Shown piece after piece: positions 1 to 10,051 of a stretch of 64,000 nucleotides of DNA. Under the pieces are notes generated by a model. The model had not been told where the DNA came from, did no database searches, and saw only the letters and a program-made list of their open reading frames with translations. A program made the position numbers and the translations under genes. How positions within the stretch are numbered: position 1 is the stretch's first letter; each line of letters starts with the position of its first letter. Source of the stretch: Parcubacteria group bacterium GW2011_GWA1_56_13 (lineage in GTDB: Bacteria; Patescibacteriota; Minisyncoccia; Phycocordibacterales; Phycocordibacteraceae); the NCBI GenBank assembly GCA_001004905.1, contig LCRY01000002.1, forward strand, positions 115,577 to 179,576. Direction: 5' to 3'.

Positions 1-154
1 GAGCCGGGAAAGGGCGGGCTCGATGATACGAAGTGGTTCCGGTTGCAGGACATCATTGACCTCAATTTCTACGATGATATGCTCCCCATCGTCACCGCGG
101 CCGTTCAAAAGCTGTTGGATAAAGCGAGCGATGAGAAAACTCCCTATGCCTGAT
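1..154 (+). CDS. 3' end of upstream ORF (C-terminal ~50 aa, ...DTKWFRLQDIIDL...), function not recognisable
   Basis: Open frame from window edge to TGA at 152-154, overlapping rnc start; no recognisable motif. Confidence 0.25.
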
Positions 155-835
155 TTCAATTCATTTGCGCAGAAACTCGGCCTCTCGTTCAAAAAACCCA
201 ACTTGTTCATCGAGGCGCTCACGCACCGTTCGTATCTGAATGAGCATCGCGAGTACGCCGGCAACCACAACGAACGGCTGGAATTCCTCGGCGACGCCGT
301 GCTCGAGCTTGCTGCGACAAATTTCCTTTTCAAGAAATTTCCGGCAAGTCCGGAAGGCGAGCTCACGAGCTACCGCGCCGCGCTCGTCAACACCGTTTCA
401 CTCGCCGCGCTCGGGCAGGCGCTTGGCATGAGCGACTATCTCCTGCTCTCCCGCGGCGAGGCGAAGGATGTCGGGCGTGCGCGCGAGGCGATACTCGCAG
501 ATGCGTTTGAGGCGGTCATTGGCGCGATCTATCTGGATGCCGGCTACGAAAGTGCCGAGGCGTTCATCGCGAAGAATTTGTACGGCAAAATAGACGAGGT
601 CATCGCGAAACGTTCCTACCAGGACGCAAAAAGCCGTTTTCAGGAGATCGCCCAGGAAAAACGCGGCATCACGCCGCGGTATGAGACGCTTTCGGAAGAA
701 GGACCCGACCATGCGAAACTCTTTACGGTCGCGGTGTGCATCGGTTCGGAGGAGATCGCGCGCGGCAGCGGTCAATCAAAGCAGGAAGCCGAACAATCAG
801 CGGCGGAACGTGCGTTGATGAAAACGAATTGGTGA
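131..835 (+). CDS. rnc: Ribonuclease III
   Basis: ALTHRSY...ERLEFLGDAV RNase III signature plus C-terminal dsRBD (GSGQSKQEAEQSAAERAL). Start at ATG 131 (MRKLPMPDF), not 23. Confidence 0.9.
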   Translation: MRKLPMPDFNSFAQKLGLSFKKPNLFIEALTHRSYLNEHREYAGNHNERLEFLGDAVLELAATNFLFKKFPASPEGELTSYRAALVNTVSLAALGQALGMSDYLLLSRGEAKDVGRAREAILADAFEAVIGAIYLDAGYESAEAFIAKNLYGKIDEVIAKRSYQDAKSRFQEIAQEKRGITPRYETLSEEGPDHAKLFTVAVCIGSEEIARGSGQSKQEAEQSAAERALMKTNW

Positions 836-1017
836 GCAAGCAGATTCGAACACTATGCGCGCCGTTGCGCCGGGACCGTTCGGTATCTCCGCATCAATCT
901 TTTATATTTTCACCACGCTCGTAATTGCATACGGTCGAATAAAGCGCAAAAACACCGATGGCATATGTAGTGTGCGGACAGGGAGGCGAAGCGGCACCGT
1001 GCGAGACGGCTGACGCG

Positions 1018-1923
1018 TCAGCTTTGTACGCTGATATTCTCTACCCGATAATCATCGAATTTGATGTCCATGAAATCGGTGCGGATGCCGGCAAGGTTGG
1101 GGCCGATGATGGGCGGCGTGCCGCCGTAATTCTTTCCGGTATCGGTCGCAGAAAGAACTTCGGACCATGGAACCCGACCGCTGCGCTGCACATAGAGAGA
1201 CAACGTGACGCCACCGCCTACGTTCGTTATCGTCGTCAATTTGAGCCCGAACCATTCGTCATGCGGCAAAAGATTTCTGCTCGATCCACCGCCGCTTACC
1301 GAATAAACGCCCGGAAACAGCTTCGCTTGCGCCATGGTATAATATCTTCCTCGGTATTTTTTCTTGATCACCGCGGTTCCATCGACGCGGATGCCGCCAT
1401 AATAGAGCGTCTCGCCATTTCCGTTGTAACGGCTCATAAATAAAATCCCGTTCGAAGCGCCCCGATTCTGGCTCGCGGAGAAATTGTCCCTGGCAATATA
1501 GAATTGCGCCTGCTGACTGAAATTCTCCCACCGGCTTTTTGTCAGGAGGCGGAACAGATTTTGCGGACGAAAACCGTTATCGGTATCAATGGAGCTGGAG
1601 CGTCCATATGCAATGCGCCACCGGTCCTGCGAAGGAAGCATATATTGCAGCGTTTCTCCGATGCCGTTTTCGATGATCATCTCGCCGCCGGACTCAAGGA
1701 ACCAGTACGGGCTCGGACTTTTCTCCGCACTCGTCGTTTCGTGCAGAATGCCGGGTGCGTTGAAAGAATAAATGAATGTGTCCGTATCCGCATGAGGGAC
1801 ATTCCGCTCGTTCCGTCCTCCGGCTGCGAACAGGAGAAGTGCCGTTATCAAGAAGCTCGAGAGGGTGATGCCGGACACGGTGAGGAGGACAATACGAAGG
1901 CGGAAGAACCACTCATGCGTCAT
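1018..1923 (-). CDS. Secreted/membrane-anchored hypothetical protein, last gene of EPS operon
   Basis: Start MTHEWFFRLRIVLLTVSGITL (TM/signal). ATGA overlap with upstream deacetylase stop. No known motif. Confidence 0.5.
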   Translation of the reverse strand: MTHEWFFRLRIVLLTVSGITLSSFLITALLLFAAGGRNERNVPHADTDTFIYSFNAPGILHETTSAEKSPSPYWFLESGGEMIIENGIGETLQYMLPSQDRWRIAYGRSSSIDTDNGFRPQNLFRLLTKSRWENFSQQAQFYIARDNFSASQNRGASNGILFMSRYNGNGETLYYGGIRVDGTAVIKKKYRGRYYTMAQAKLFPGVYSVSGGGSSRNLLPHDEWFGLKLTTITNVGGGVTLSLYVQRSGRVPWSEVLSATDTGKNYGGTPPIIGPNLAGIRTDFMDIKFDDYRVENISVQS

Positions 1924-3524
1924 AGGGACTCGACCGCGAGACGGGTGAGTATTGCCTGCGCCTCCCCGGCAGAGGGCGTCCATACCGTCGCGCCGACGCC
2001 GCCACTTCTCGAGATCCCGGCCACAGAGCCGGCGACCCTGACCCCATAGGCACTACAGCTCGCAGTATCGCCCTGCACCGACATGGAAAAATCCGCCTTT
2101 GCCGGCAGTGCGGGCGGGGCATATGGCTTGTAGGCGATAGTTTCCAGTTTTTCACCATCATGCCGCTCGAGATATATGCGGTTGTTGGAAAATGCGCATA
2201 CCACGTACGGCGCATATTGTGCCGTATACCGGGCTAGGAGGGAGAACGTGCCATACTTCCACTCAGCGGATGCGTTCATCTTATAATCCGTCCACGTACC
2301 GCTGCCATCAAGGAACGCGGACGCTCCGGTCGAATCTTTCGAGGCCGATAATTCGAGTCCCGTATCGTCCGGTCGTACCGTCCCCCAATTCGATTTCCAT
2401 GCGGGACCGAAGGTAAACGCAGTGTGGGGCAGCGATTTGACAACGCCGCCGTTGAGGACTTCGAGAAGATGCGAGCTGCTCCACGACGCGGTGGGTTCGA
2501 TGCGTTTTATGAGATGGACATCCGGGTCCGGATGATTGAAGAAATCTCCGTTACCCGGCCATGTTTGGTAGAAATCGAATGGGTAGATCGTGGGGACGAC
2601 GCGGCTCAGCAGGGTGTCCGCCTGCGGCGCATTTATGCTGTCCTGGCCCAGATCGTTCAGGGGATAGGCGAATCCATCGACTACGATGTCAAAATTATTC
2701 TCAAGCAGCGTTTTTGCGGCCGTCAAGTCATTGGTGACGCGCGTCACGAATTCCGCGGGGGTTTCAATTCGTCCCGCATCCGGCAGCCAGAAAAAATTCG
2801 AGAGAAAATGCTGTCCGGGGACGAGTGTGAGGTCTTGTGCGGTAGACGTAGCGATGGGGACGCTGTAGGTCAAGTGATCTTGGTCGCCATGGCTTTCCAG
2901 GTCCCACCGGCCGCTCTTCACCATGTAGTCGAGTTGCGACTTTGAGAGGTAGAAATCGTTGAGCGGAACGTCGCCGTTCCCCGGCATCGAGAAACCGGTG
3001 ATCACGAACATGACGGCTGTGTAGCCGAAGTCCTTTAGCAGTGGATCGGCTGAATATAACGCATCCGAGCGTCCGTCATCAAAGGTAAGAAGGAATGATT
3101 TATCGGGGACCGTCCCCGTCCCCTCCATAAACGCCTTGAATTGTTCCATCGTGATGGTATGCCAGCCGGCATCCCTGAGCGCCCGCATGTGTTCTACGAA
3201 TACACGCATCGGCGGCATGGAAGTGGAATCTCCCTCGCCGTGATAGAGGAGCACGGGAACGCTTCGTGCCGACACCACGGACGAAGTAGCCGACTGGGCT
3301 TCCGTTCTGGAGGAGCCGGTAACTGCCGCGAGTGCCGCTTCGGGAAGCTTGAACCGTACCAGATAGTACAGCTCAGCCCGCGCGCGCTGCGCACTGTCGG
3401 TGAATGCATGCATCGCCGGCCGAGCGGACGCCGCAATGAGGAACGTTGACACGGTCACGACGAGGAGCGCGAGAACAACGATACCAAGGAAGCCGATTTT
3501 TTTGTTTGAAAGATCAACGAACAT
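1920..3524 (-). CDS. Polysaccharide deacetylase (CE4/NodB-homology domain) with N-terminal TM anchor
   Basis: LLTFDDGRSD and ESHGDQDH motifs typical of NodB/PgaB-type deacetylases. N-terminal hydrophobic helix. Confidence 0.8.
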   Translation of the reverse strand: MFVDLSNKKIGFLGIVVLALLVVTVSTFLIAASARPAMHAFTDSAQRARAELYYLVRFKLPEAALAAVTGSSRTEAQSATSSVVSARSVPVLLYHGEGDSTSMPPMRVFVEHMRALRDAGWHTITMEQFKAFMEGTGTVPDKSFLLTFDDGRSDALYSADPLLKDFGYTAVMFVITGFSMPGNGDVPLNDFYLSKSQLDYMVKSGRWDLESHGDQDHLTYSVPIATSTAQDLTLVPGQHFLSNFFWLPDAGRIETPAEFVTRVTNDLTAAKTLLENNFDIVVDGFAYPLNDLGQDSINAPQADTLLSRVVPTIYPFDFYQTWPGNGDFFNHPDPDVHLIKRIEPTASWSSSHLLEVLNGGVVKSLPHTAFTFGPAWKSNWGTVRPDDTGLELSASKDSTGASAFLDGSGTWTDYKMNASAEWKYGTFSLLARYTAQYAPYVVCAFSNNRIYLERHDGEKLETIAYKPYAPPALPAKADFSMSVQGDTASCSAYGVRVAGSVAGISRSGGVGATVWTPSAGEAQAILTRLAVESL

Positions 3525-3526
3525 AC

Positions 3527-4798
3527 TTAGCGAGTCCCCCAGTGATTATCGGCGATGGTTACGACGGCCCACGGCAACTGCCACATGAGGATCACGGTGT
3601 AGAACCAATAGCTGACGACGGCGGGAAACCAGTTGCGGTCCTGAGTGTAAATGCGGTAGTAGACCCCGTGCAGGAGGAGCATGAGGAAAAGTCCGGAGAG
3701 ATAGATTATCGGCAGTATGCCGTAAAAAATGGGTTCCCACATCACGGCATGGACGAAGACGATCGGGGCCGCGAACGCGAGAAATATGTAGCTGTAGAAA
3801 AAGAGAGCGGCTACAGTGTCTTTCTTCCATATGAACGACGCGGCGATAAAAGTTTCGCGCACCCAGCTTTTCTTCCATCGCTGCTGTTGTTTCCGGTACG
3901 TTTTGAAATTGTTCGGAACCACGGTATACGCTTTTGCTTCGCTCGAATATGCCGCCCGATAATTGCGCAGTACGTAATTGGTGAGCGAACGGTCGTCTCC
4001 GAACGTACATTCTTTCCCGAGGAAGGTCTGGTGCAGCCATTCGTCAATGAACTCATCAAGATAACTCTTACGATACGCGCTGCAGCATCCGGGACAGCAG
4101 GTAACGATTCCGAAAATGGATTCGGCGGCTTTGTAGACCTTGAAAGCGATATAGTAGCGCAGCGCCTGCATTCTGGTGAGGACGTTTTCGTCGTGGTTAT
4201 AGACATCCGTGTGTCCGGAGACGGCCCCGATCTCGGGAATCGTAAAATACTTGACCAGGTGCCGCACGCACGATGGCTCGATAAAGCTGTCGCTGTCTAT
4301 GAAGATGACTATCTCGCTTCGGGAGCGTCTCACGCCTTCATGCATGCCGTGGCGCTTACCGCGATTTTGTTTCCAATCCACTACCTCCACCCGCGCGACA
4401 CGCGGCGCTATGTCGCGCGCCGCGCGCCGCATCTCGGCAAGCGTCGTATCGGTTGAACCGTCATTGATGGCGATTACCTCTATCTTCTCGCCGGGATAAT
4501 CCACTTCGCTGAAACGTCGAAGTGTTTCGTAGATATTCTCGCCTTCGTTCTTTGCCGGTACAACGAACGCGACGGTCGGCTCATAGTCGTTGGCCAGCGG
4601 GACGCTTCGATGCAGATAGGAGAGCAGAAACCGCGAAAAGATATACAGAACGATAAGGATGCTGTAAGTGCCGAAGAAGACATTGCGGTTTATGTAGTTC
4701 CCCGTCGCTATCTTGATGAGTATGACGACATAGATCAAGCCGAAGAAGACGAGCCAAAATCCCATATCCAGGAGTTTGCGATTGGAAGATTCATTCAT
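3527..4798 (-). CDS. Processive family-2 glycosyltransferase (HasA/NodC/PgaC/chitin-synthase-like)
   Basis: 2 N-terminal and several C-terminal TM helices. DGSTD, DSD, GDDRSLTN and QQQRW (QxxRW) motifs. ~420 aa like class I hyaluronan/chitooligosaccharide synthases. Confidence 0.85.
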   Translation of the reverse strand: MNESSNRKLLDMGFWLVFFGLIYVVILIKIATGNYINRNVFFGTYSILIVLYIFSRFLLSYLHRSVPLANDYEPTVAFVVPAKNEGENIYETLRRFSEVDYPGEKIEVIAINDGSTDTTLAEMRRAARDIAPRVARVEVVDWKQNRGKRHGMHEGVRRSRSEIVIFIDSDSFIEPSCVRHLVKYFTIPEIGAVSGHTDVYNHDENVLTRMQALRYYIAFKVYKAAESIFGIVTCCPGCCSAYRKSYLDEFIDEWLHQTFLGKECTFGDDRSLTNYVLRNYRAAYSSEAKAYTVVPNNFKTYRKQQQRWKKSWVRETFIAASFIWKKDTVAALFFYSYIFLAFAAPIVFVHAVMWEPIFYGILPIIYLSGLFLMLLLHGVYYRIYTQDRNWFPAVVSYWFYTVILMWQLPWAVVTIADNHWGTR

Positions 4799-4862
4799 AT
4801 AGCATATAGGTCAGGAGCGGATGCCGCGCTGTGCGTCGTCGGAGGAACTGTTCGCATGACAA

Positions 4863-6140
4863 TTATCTTCCGATACCGTGGTACGCTATCCCGCTTGCGA
4901 CGAATTCTTCCTTCGGAAGGCAGTTGCGTCCGTCGATAAGGACGCGGACGCCATGAGAAAGGAAGTCCTTTGGGGAAAGCGAACGGAAAACGCTATGGTC
5001 GGTGGCGATTACGGCGGCGTTGGCTCCGGAGAGGGCCTCTTCGAGCGAGTGTGCGGTAGATTGTTCCGGAACGAACGGGTCGAATTTCCGTACCTGCGCG
5101 CCGCCCCTGTTCAGTTCGGTTTCGATGGCAAGTGCGGGGCTCTCGCGCAGGTCAGGCACATCCCGCTTGTACGCGAGTCCCAAAAGCGCGACGGCCGCAC
5201 CCTTGAGCGGCATATTCTTGCGGCGCAACAACTGCTCCAAACGATTCACGGTATAGCGCGGCATCTCGTTGTTGATCTGTCGCGCGGCGATGAGGAAGCG
5301 GTGCTCGAAACCGTTCTCTTTTCCATAGCGGATCAGATAGTAGGGGTCGACGGGTATGCAGTGCCCTCCCACCCCGCAGCCGGGGAAGTGTGGCATGAAG
5401 GCAAAGGGTTTTGTCGAGGCCCCCCTGATGACGTGCATGATGTCAATGTCGGCCTTATCGAACGACATCGCCAGTTCATTCACGAACGCGATGTTAATGT
5501 CGCGGAACGCATTCTCGACCATTTTCACCGCCTCTGCCTCTTTCATCGAGTTCATCGGCGTCACGGAAGCATCGATCAAAGATTCATATAAGAGGATCGC
5601 GCGTGCGTTACTGGTCGGGCCTGCGCCGCCGATGACGCGCGGCAAGGTCCGCGTCGTCCATGTCGCGTCTCCCGGATTGACACGTTCGGGACAATGCGCG
5701 AATGAAAAATCCTTTTCACAGACGAGGCCCGATTCGCGCTCGAGGATGGGCAGAGCGACGCTCTCGCATACGCCGGGATTCACTGTCGATTCGATGACGA
5801 CAAGTGCGCCTTTCTTCAGATGTCGGCCGACCGCCGTGCACGCCCCTACGAGCGGAGCAAGATCGGGGACATGTTCCTCGTTCACCGGCGTCGGCACGCA
5901 GATAATATGGGTCAGCGCCTCATCCAGTATGCGCTCGTCAGAACTCAAGCGCATGCGGCTTTTCCGAAAAGCCCTCGACTCCTCGTTTGAGAGGAACGGT
6001 GCGTTCCTTCCCTGCAAAAGCGCGATTTTTATCTTGTCTATATCGAAACCGACGACGCGGTGGCCCCTCGATTCGGCAAGAATGGCGAGCGGCAATCCTA
6101 CATATCCGAGTCCGATAACCGCAATCGTTCCGGTACTCAC
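4863..6140 (-). CDS. UDP-glucose/GDP-mannose dehydrogenase family (Ugd/WecC-like nucleotide-sugar dehydrogenase)
   Basis: GTIAVIGLGYVGLP Rossmann motif and catalytic GGHC. Likely GTG start giving MSTGTIAVIGLG at 6140; alternative ATGs at 6236/6269. Confidence 0.8.
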   Translation of the reverse strand: MSTGTIAVIGLGYVGLPLAILAESRGHRVVGFDIDKIKIALLQGRNAPFLSNEESRAFRKSRMRLSSDERILDEALTHIICVPTPVNEEHVPDLAPLVGACTAVGRHLKKGALVVIESTVNPGVCESVALPILERESGLVCEKDFSFAHCPERVNPGDATWTTRTLPRVIGGAGPTSNARAILLYESLIDASVTPMNSMKEAEAVKMVENAFRDINIAFVNELAMSFDKADIDIMHVIRGASTKPFAFMPHFPGCGVGGHCIPVDPYYLIRYGKENGFEHRFLIAARQINNEMPRYTVNRLEQLLRRKNMPLKGAAVALLGLAYKRDVPDLRESPALAIETELNRGGAQVRKFDPFVPEQSTAHSLEEALSGANAAVIATDHSVFRSLSPKDFLSHGVRVLIDGRNCLPKEEFVASGIAYHGIGR

Positions 6141-6294
6141 GCTTTCCGCGGCAAAGTCGACGTGTGCTTCAGTCGGCGTGGGGTGTGCATCAGACAACGC
6201 TGTCACACGGGATTCGCGGGCGCTCCGTATATCCATAGGCCCCAACGCTAACAGGTACACGATGAACAACCAGTGAATGCGCTATACTCAAAGC

Positions 6295-8532
6295 ATGTTG
6301 AAGCGGTTGGAGATCGTCGGATTCAAATCATTCGCCAAGAAAACGGTCTTGGAGTTCGCGAGCGCGACCACGGCGATCGTCGGACCGAACGGTTCGGGCA
6401 AGTCGAATGTGGCCGAAGCGTTCCGTTTCGCGCTTGGTGAACAATCAATGAAAAGTATGCGTGGGAAGCGAGCGGAGGATCTTATTTGGGGCGGCTCGCA
6501 TTCGGTTCCTCGCGCAAACCGCGGCTCGGTCGCCATCACGTTCGATAATTCCCGCCTGCCTGCGCAGGCAGGCCGCTCGTTCAGGATTGATTTTGACGAG
6601 GTCGTGATCGAACGGGCGGTTTTTCGCGACGGCACGAGCGAGTACTCCATCAACGGCTCGCGTGTCCGCCTGCGCGATATTCATGAGCTCTTAGCGAGCG
6701 CTAACATCGGCGAAACGGGCCACCACATCATTTCCCAGGGCGAATCGGACAGGATTCTGCTCGCCAATGCGCAAGAGCGGCGCGCGATGCTTGAAGATGC
6801 GCTCGGGCTCAAACTGTACGAATTCAAAAAACAGGAAGCGGCTCGGAAGCTCCTCAAGACCGAAGAGAACATCGCACAGGTCAACTCGCTCCGGAGGGAA
6901 CTCGCGCCGCACCTGCGGTTCTTGGAAAGCCAGGTGAAAAAGCTTGAACGAGCCGAAGAGCTCAAAAACGGACTTGTCGGACTCGCGCAGACCTATTTTG
7001 CCATCGAGGACGCGTATATCGCGCAGGAAAAGTCGAGGGTTAGTGCGGAGAAGAAGCGTGCGGCGGAGCGGCTCGCCGTCGCGGATGCCGAATTGAACCG
7101 AATCGCGGACCCGAAGACGGCGGATCACGAGACCGTCAAGCGGACCGAGATGTTGCGGAAGGCGGAGCGGGAAGTCGCCGAACTCTCCGCAGAGCGGGCG
7201 GCCCTTTCGCGCAACATCGGTCGCGTCGAGGGAGCACTCGAAGAAGTGAAACGCCGCGCGACCGTCGTTGCGCGCGAGCCGTACGCGAAAGTGCCGCGCG
7301 AGGAGCTTGAAGCGTTGCATCACGAAGTCGAGCGGCAGGCCGAAAGTGCCATGGGTGCCGACGGTACTCCCGAGGCGTTGCGCGCCGCGCTCACGGCTAT
7401 CCGCTCCGCGGTCAAGGTCTTCTTTTCGCGGCACGGAGCACCGCGCGACGAACGGTTTTCGGATGAAGAGGAATCCGCGTTCAAGCTGGAGACGGAACAC
7501 GCGGAACTCCTGAAAAAATATACGGCGGTGTCCGCCGCTCTTGAGAAAGCGGAATCCATACGCGCGCGCACGCGCGAGGCGATGGTCGCCTACGAAGAGA
7601 CCGGCCGCGAAGACCGCCGCCGCATTCTCGATTTCGCTCAAGCGAAGGCGCACGAAGAAGGCATCGTCGTCACATGCGAAGCGCGCGAACACGAACTTGC
7701 GCTTCTCCACGAAGCGCTTGAACGCGACAAACGCGAGGCGGTCGCCCTTGCGGGCCCGGCGGCGACTTCGTACATACCGCTTGCGGCGATGTCGCCGGAG
7801 GAACGCAAGGTTCAGGAGGACCGCAAACGCGCCTTGGAACGTATGAAGATCCGGTTGGAAGAAGCGGGAGGCACCGGCGAGGAAATACGGAGGGAACACG
7901 CGGAAGTGGCGGAGCGCGAAGCGTTCCTCGCCAAGGAACTCGACGACCTGGCGAAGTCGGCGGCCGGACTCGCCGCTCTCATCGGTGATCTAGACGCCGA
8001 ACTCGCGAAACATTTCTCCGAAGGGCTTGCGAAGGTCAACGCATCGTTCGGCGAATACTTCGCGCTCATGTTCGGCGGCGGCGGCGCCCGGCTTACACTT
8101 GAGGAACCGGAAGAACCAGAAGAACTGGACGGGGAGGAACAGGAAGAAGCCGTTGATGAACCGCAACCCGAACGGCGGCCGGGCATAGAGATAGCGGTCA
8201 ATCTGCCGAAGAAGAAGGTACGGTCCCTGATGCAGCTTTCAGGCGGCGAGCGCGCTCTCACATCCATTGCGCTCATATTCGCGATGAGCCAGGTGAATCC
8301 GCCGCCATTTTTGATACTGGACGAGACCGACGCCGCGCTTGATGAAGCGAACAGTCGGCGCTACGGCGACATGATAGAGAATCTCGCGAAAAAATCCCAA
8401 CTCATCGTCATCACCCACAACCGCGAAACGATGAGCCGCACGAACGTTCTCTATGGCGTTACCATGGGCGGCGATGGCGTGAGCAAATTGCTCTCGGTCA
8501 AATTCGAGGAAGCGGTAGCGGTCGCGAAATAA
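6295..8532 (+). CDS. smc: SMC-family chromosome segregation ATPase, unusually short (~745 aa)
   Basis: N-terminus MLKRLEIVGFKSFA...IVGPNGSGKSN (Walker A). C-terminus LSGGERALTSIALIFA...LDETDAALD (signature/Walker B). Coiled-coil middle; no obvious glycine-rich hinge. Confidence 0.75.
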   Translation: MLKRLEIVGFKSFAKKTVLEFASATTAIVGPNGSGKSNVAEAFRFALGEQSMKSMRGKRAEDLIWGGSHSVPRANRGSVAITFDNSRLPAQAGRSFRIDFDEVVIERAVFRDGTSEYSINGSRVRLRDIHELLASANIGETGHHIISQGESDRILLANAQERRAMLEDALGLKLYEFKKQEAARKLLKTEENIAQVNSLRRELAPHLRFLESQVKKLERAEELKNGLVGLAQTYFAIEDAYIAQEKSRVSAEKKRAAERLAVADAELNRIADPKTADHETVKRTEMLRKAEREVAELSAERAALSRNIGRVEGALEEVKRRATVVAREPYAKVPREELEALHHEVERQAESAMGADGTPEALRAALTAIRSAVKVFFSRHGAPRDERFSDEEESAFKLETEHAELLKKYTAVSAALEKAESIRARTREAMVAYEETGREDRRRILDFAQAKAHEEGIVVTCEAREHELALLHEALERDKREAVALAGPAATSYIPLAAMSPEERKVQEDRKRALERMKIRLEEAGGTGEEIRREHAEVAEREAFLAKELDDLAKSAAGLAALIGDLDAELAKHFSEGLAKVNASFGEYFALMFGGGGARLTLEEPEEPEELDGEEQEEAVDEPQPERRPGIEIAVNLPKKKVRSLMQLSGGERALTSIALIFAMSQVNPPPFLILDETDAALDEANSRRYGDMIENLAKKSQLIVITHNRETMSRTNVLYGVTMGGDGVSKLLSVKFEEAVAVAK

Positions 8533-8534
8533 TC

Positions 8535-9848
8535 ATGGCGGCATTTGAATACTTCAAGACCAACGTAGAAAAAGCGGCAAGCTTGCTCGGACTATCGGAA
8601 GCAGAGCGAAAAGCGCTGGAGAAACCGGACCGCATCCTCCGGGCGGAGCTTGAAATAGAGATGGATGATGGAAAAAAGGAAAGGTTTCCTGCATACCGCG
8701 TCCAGTTCAATAACGCACGCGGCCCGTACAAGGGCGGCATCCGATTTCATCCGAACGCCGACGAGGACGAGGTGTCGGCGCTCGCCGCGATGATGGCGGT
8801 AAAGTGCGCCGTCGTTGGCATTCCCATGGGCGGCGGCAAGGGCGGCGTCGCCGTTGACCCGAAGAAGCTGTCGAGAGGTGAGATACATCGCCTCTCGCGC
8901 GCATACGTACGGGCATTCGCCGACAACTTAGGGCCCGATACCGATGTGCCAGCGCCGGACGTCTACACCAATCCGGAGATCATGGGTGTGATGCTCGATG
9001 AATATGAAAAGATCGTCGGGAAGAAGTCTCCTGCAATGATCACCGGCAAGCCGGTCGAGCTCGGCGGAAGCTTTGGCCGAGATACGGCGACCGCGGATGG
9101 CGCAATGGCGGTCCTCGAAGCGTTTTTCAAAGACCGCAGGTTCGATCCGAAATTCCTCACCGTTGCCATACAAGGAGTGGGGAACGCGGGTGCGCAGGCG
9201 GCGCGGCTCGCATGCGCGATGGGCATGAAAGTCGTTGCGCTCGCCGACTCGCATGGCACGCTCAAAAGCCGGCGTGGCATTGACGTCGAGAAAACGCTTT
9301 CAATAAAGGAGGAAAAAGGTTCGGTACGCGACCTATACTGCCAGGGCTCCGTCTGCGACGCAACGCGGCTTGCAGAGGACGATGCAGAGATCCTCGCGGC
9401 CGATGCGGTCATCGTCGCGCAAGCAGACGTGCTCATTCCGGCGGCGCTTGAGGAGCAGGTTCGCAAAGAAAACGCCCCGGACGTCACAGCAGACATCATT
9501 TTGGAGATCGCGAACGGCCCTGTCACTCCTGAGGCTGACGAAGTACTCGCGTCAAAAAATACGACCGTGATACCGGATGTGCTTGCGAATGCGGGCGGCG
9601 TGACGGTTTCCTATTTTGAATGGCTGCAAAATCGTTCCGGCGAGCACTGGACGAAAGAAGTTGTGCGTGCGCGGCTTTTGGAAACGATGACCAAGGCCTA
9701 TCGCGAGATCGCCGATTTCGCGAAGGAACGGGACATCACGCTGCGCGAAGCGGCCTACGCGCTCGCGCTTACGCGCATCATCGGGGCGATGAAAGCTCGG
9801 GAGAAGCTTCGGCCGAACGATTTCGCACGCGCTGATACGCCAATATAA
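8535..9848 (+). CDS. gdh: Glutamate dehydrogenase (Glu/Leu/Phe/Val dehydrogenase family)
   Basis: KGGIRFHPNADEDEV...GIPMGGGKGG active-site region and NAD(P)-binding GVGNAG. Confidence 0.9.
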   Translation: MAAFEYFKTNVEKAASLLGLSEAERKALEKPDRILRAELEIEMDDGKKERFPAYRVQFNNARGPYKGGIRFHPNADEDEVSALAAMMAVKCAVVGIPMGGGKGGVAVDPKKLSRGEIHRLSRAYVRAFADNLGPDTDVPAPDVYTNPEIMGVMLDEYEKIVGKKSPAMITGKPVELGGSFGRDTATADGAMAVLEAFFKDRRFDPKFLTVAIQGVGNAGAQAARLACAMGMKVVALADSHGTLKSRRGIDVEKTLSIKEEKGSVRDLYCQGSVCDATRLAEDDAEILAADAVIVAQADVLIPAALEEQVRKENAPDVTADIILEIANGPVTPEADEVLASKNTTVIPDVLANAGGVTVSYFEWLQNRSGEHWTKEVVRARLLETMTKAYREIADFAKERDITLREAAYALALTRIIGAMKAREKLRPNDFARADTPI

Positions 9849-10051
9849 ACCACTGGATGCCGGTAATGGTCTGCGATATCGCTGCGAGCCATAAATGGAG
9901 GGTTGCCATCGTTGCCGCCGCGATGAGTAAGATCAGGCCGGTTGAAATGCTGGAAGCGAGCGGCGGCTTCTCTTGTGCGCGCAGCATCGGGATGAGGGTT
10001 ATGCAGAAGAATATCTGAACTGCCGTAAGCGCGTAATCTTGCCACATATCT

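Noticed and set aside
23-130. Upstream extensions of ORF-track starts (rnc from 23; rpoB from 14314; zupT from 43965; dsbA-like from 42580; dedA to 46524; PH-protein to 31559; beta-barrel-like to 41899)
   Set aside because: Conserved N-termini and signal peptides begin at internal Met codons. The extensions overlap upstream genes or promoters
6691-7899. 402-aa antisense ORF inside smc; similarly 16030-17694 (inside rpoB), 17924-19279, 19598-20443 and 20543-21361 (inside rpoC), 22037-22675 (inside dnaG), 23335-24174 (inside rpoD), 38044-38937 (inside pilB), 49984-51333, 54770-55807 and 55850-56647 (inside uvrB)
   Set aside because: Arg/Pro/Ala-rich low-complexity translations typical of high-GC antisense frames. 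The opposite strands carry unambiguous conserved genes
9778-10047. 89-aa two-TM ORF (minus) in the gdh/rnr convergent gap
   Set aside because: Its 3' end would overlap the last 70 nt of gdh. Hydrophobic segments are plausible, but there is no SD or terminator evidence. Kept as unresolved rather than called
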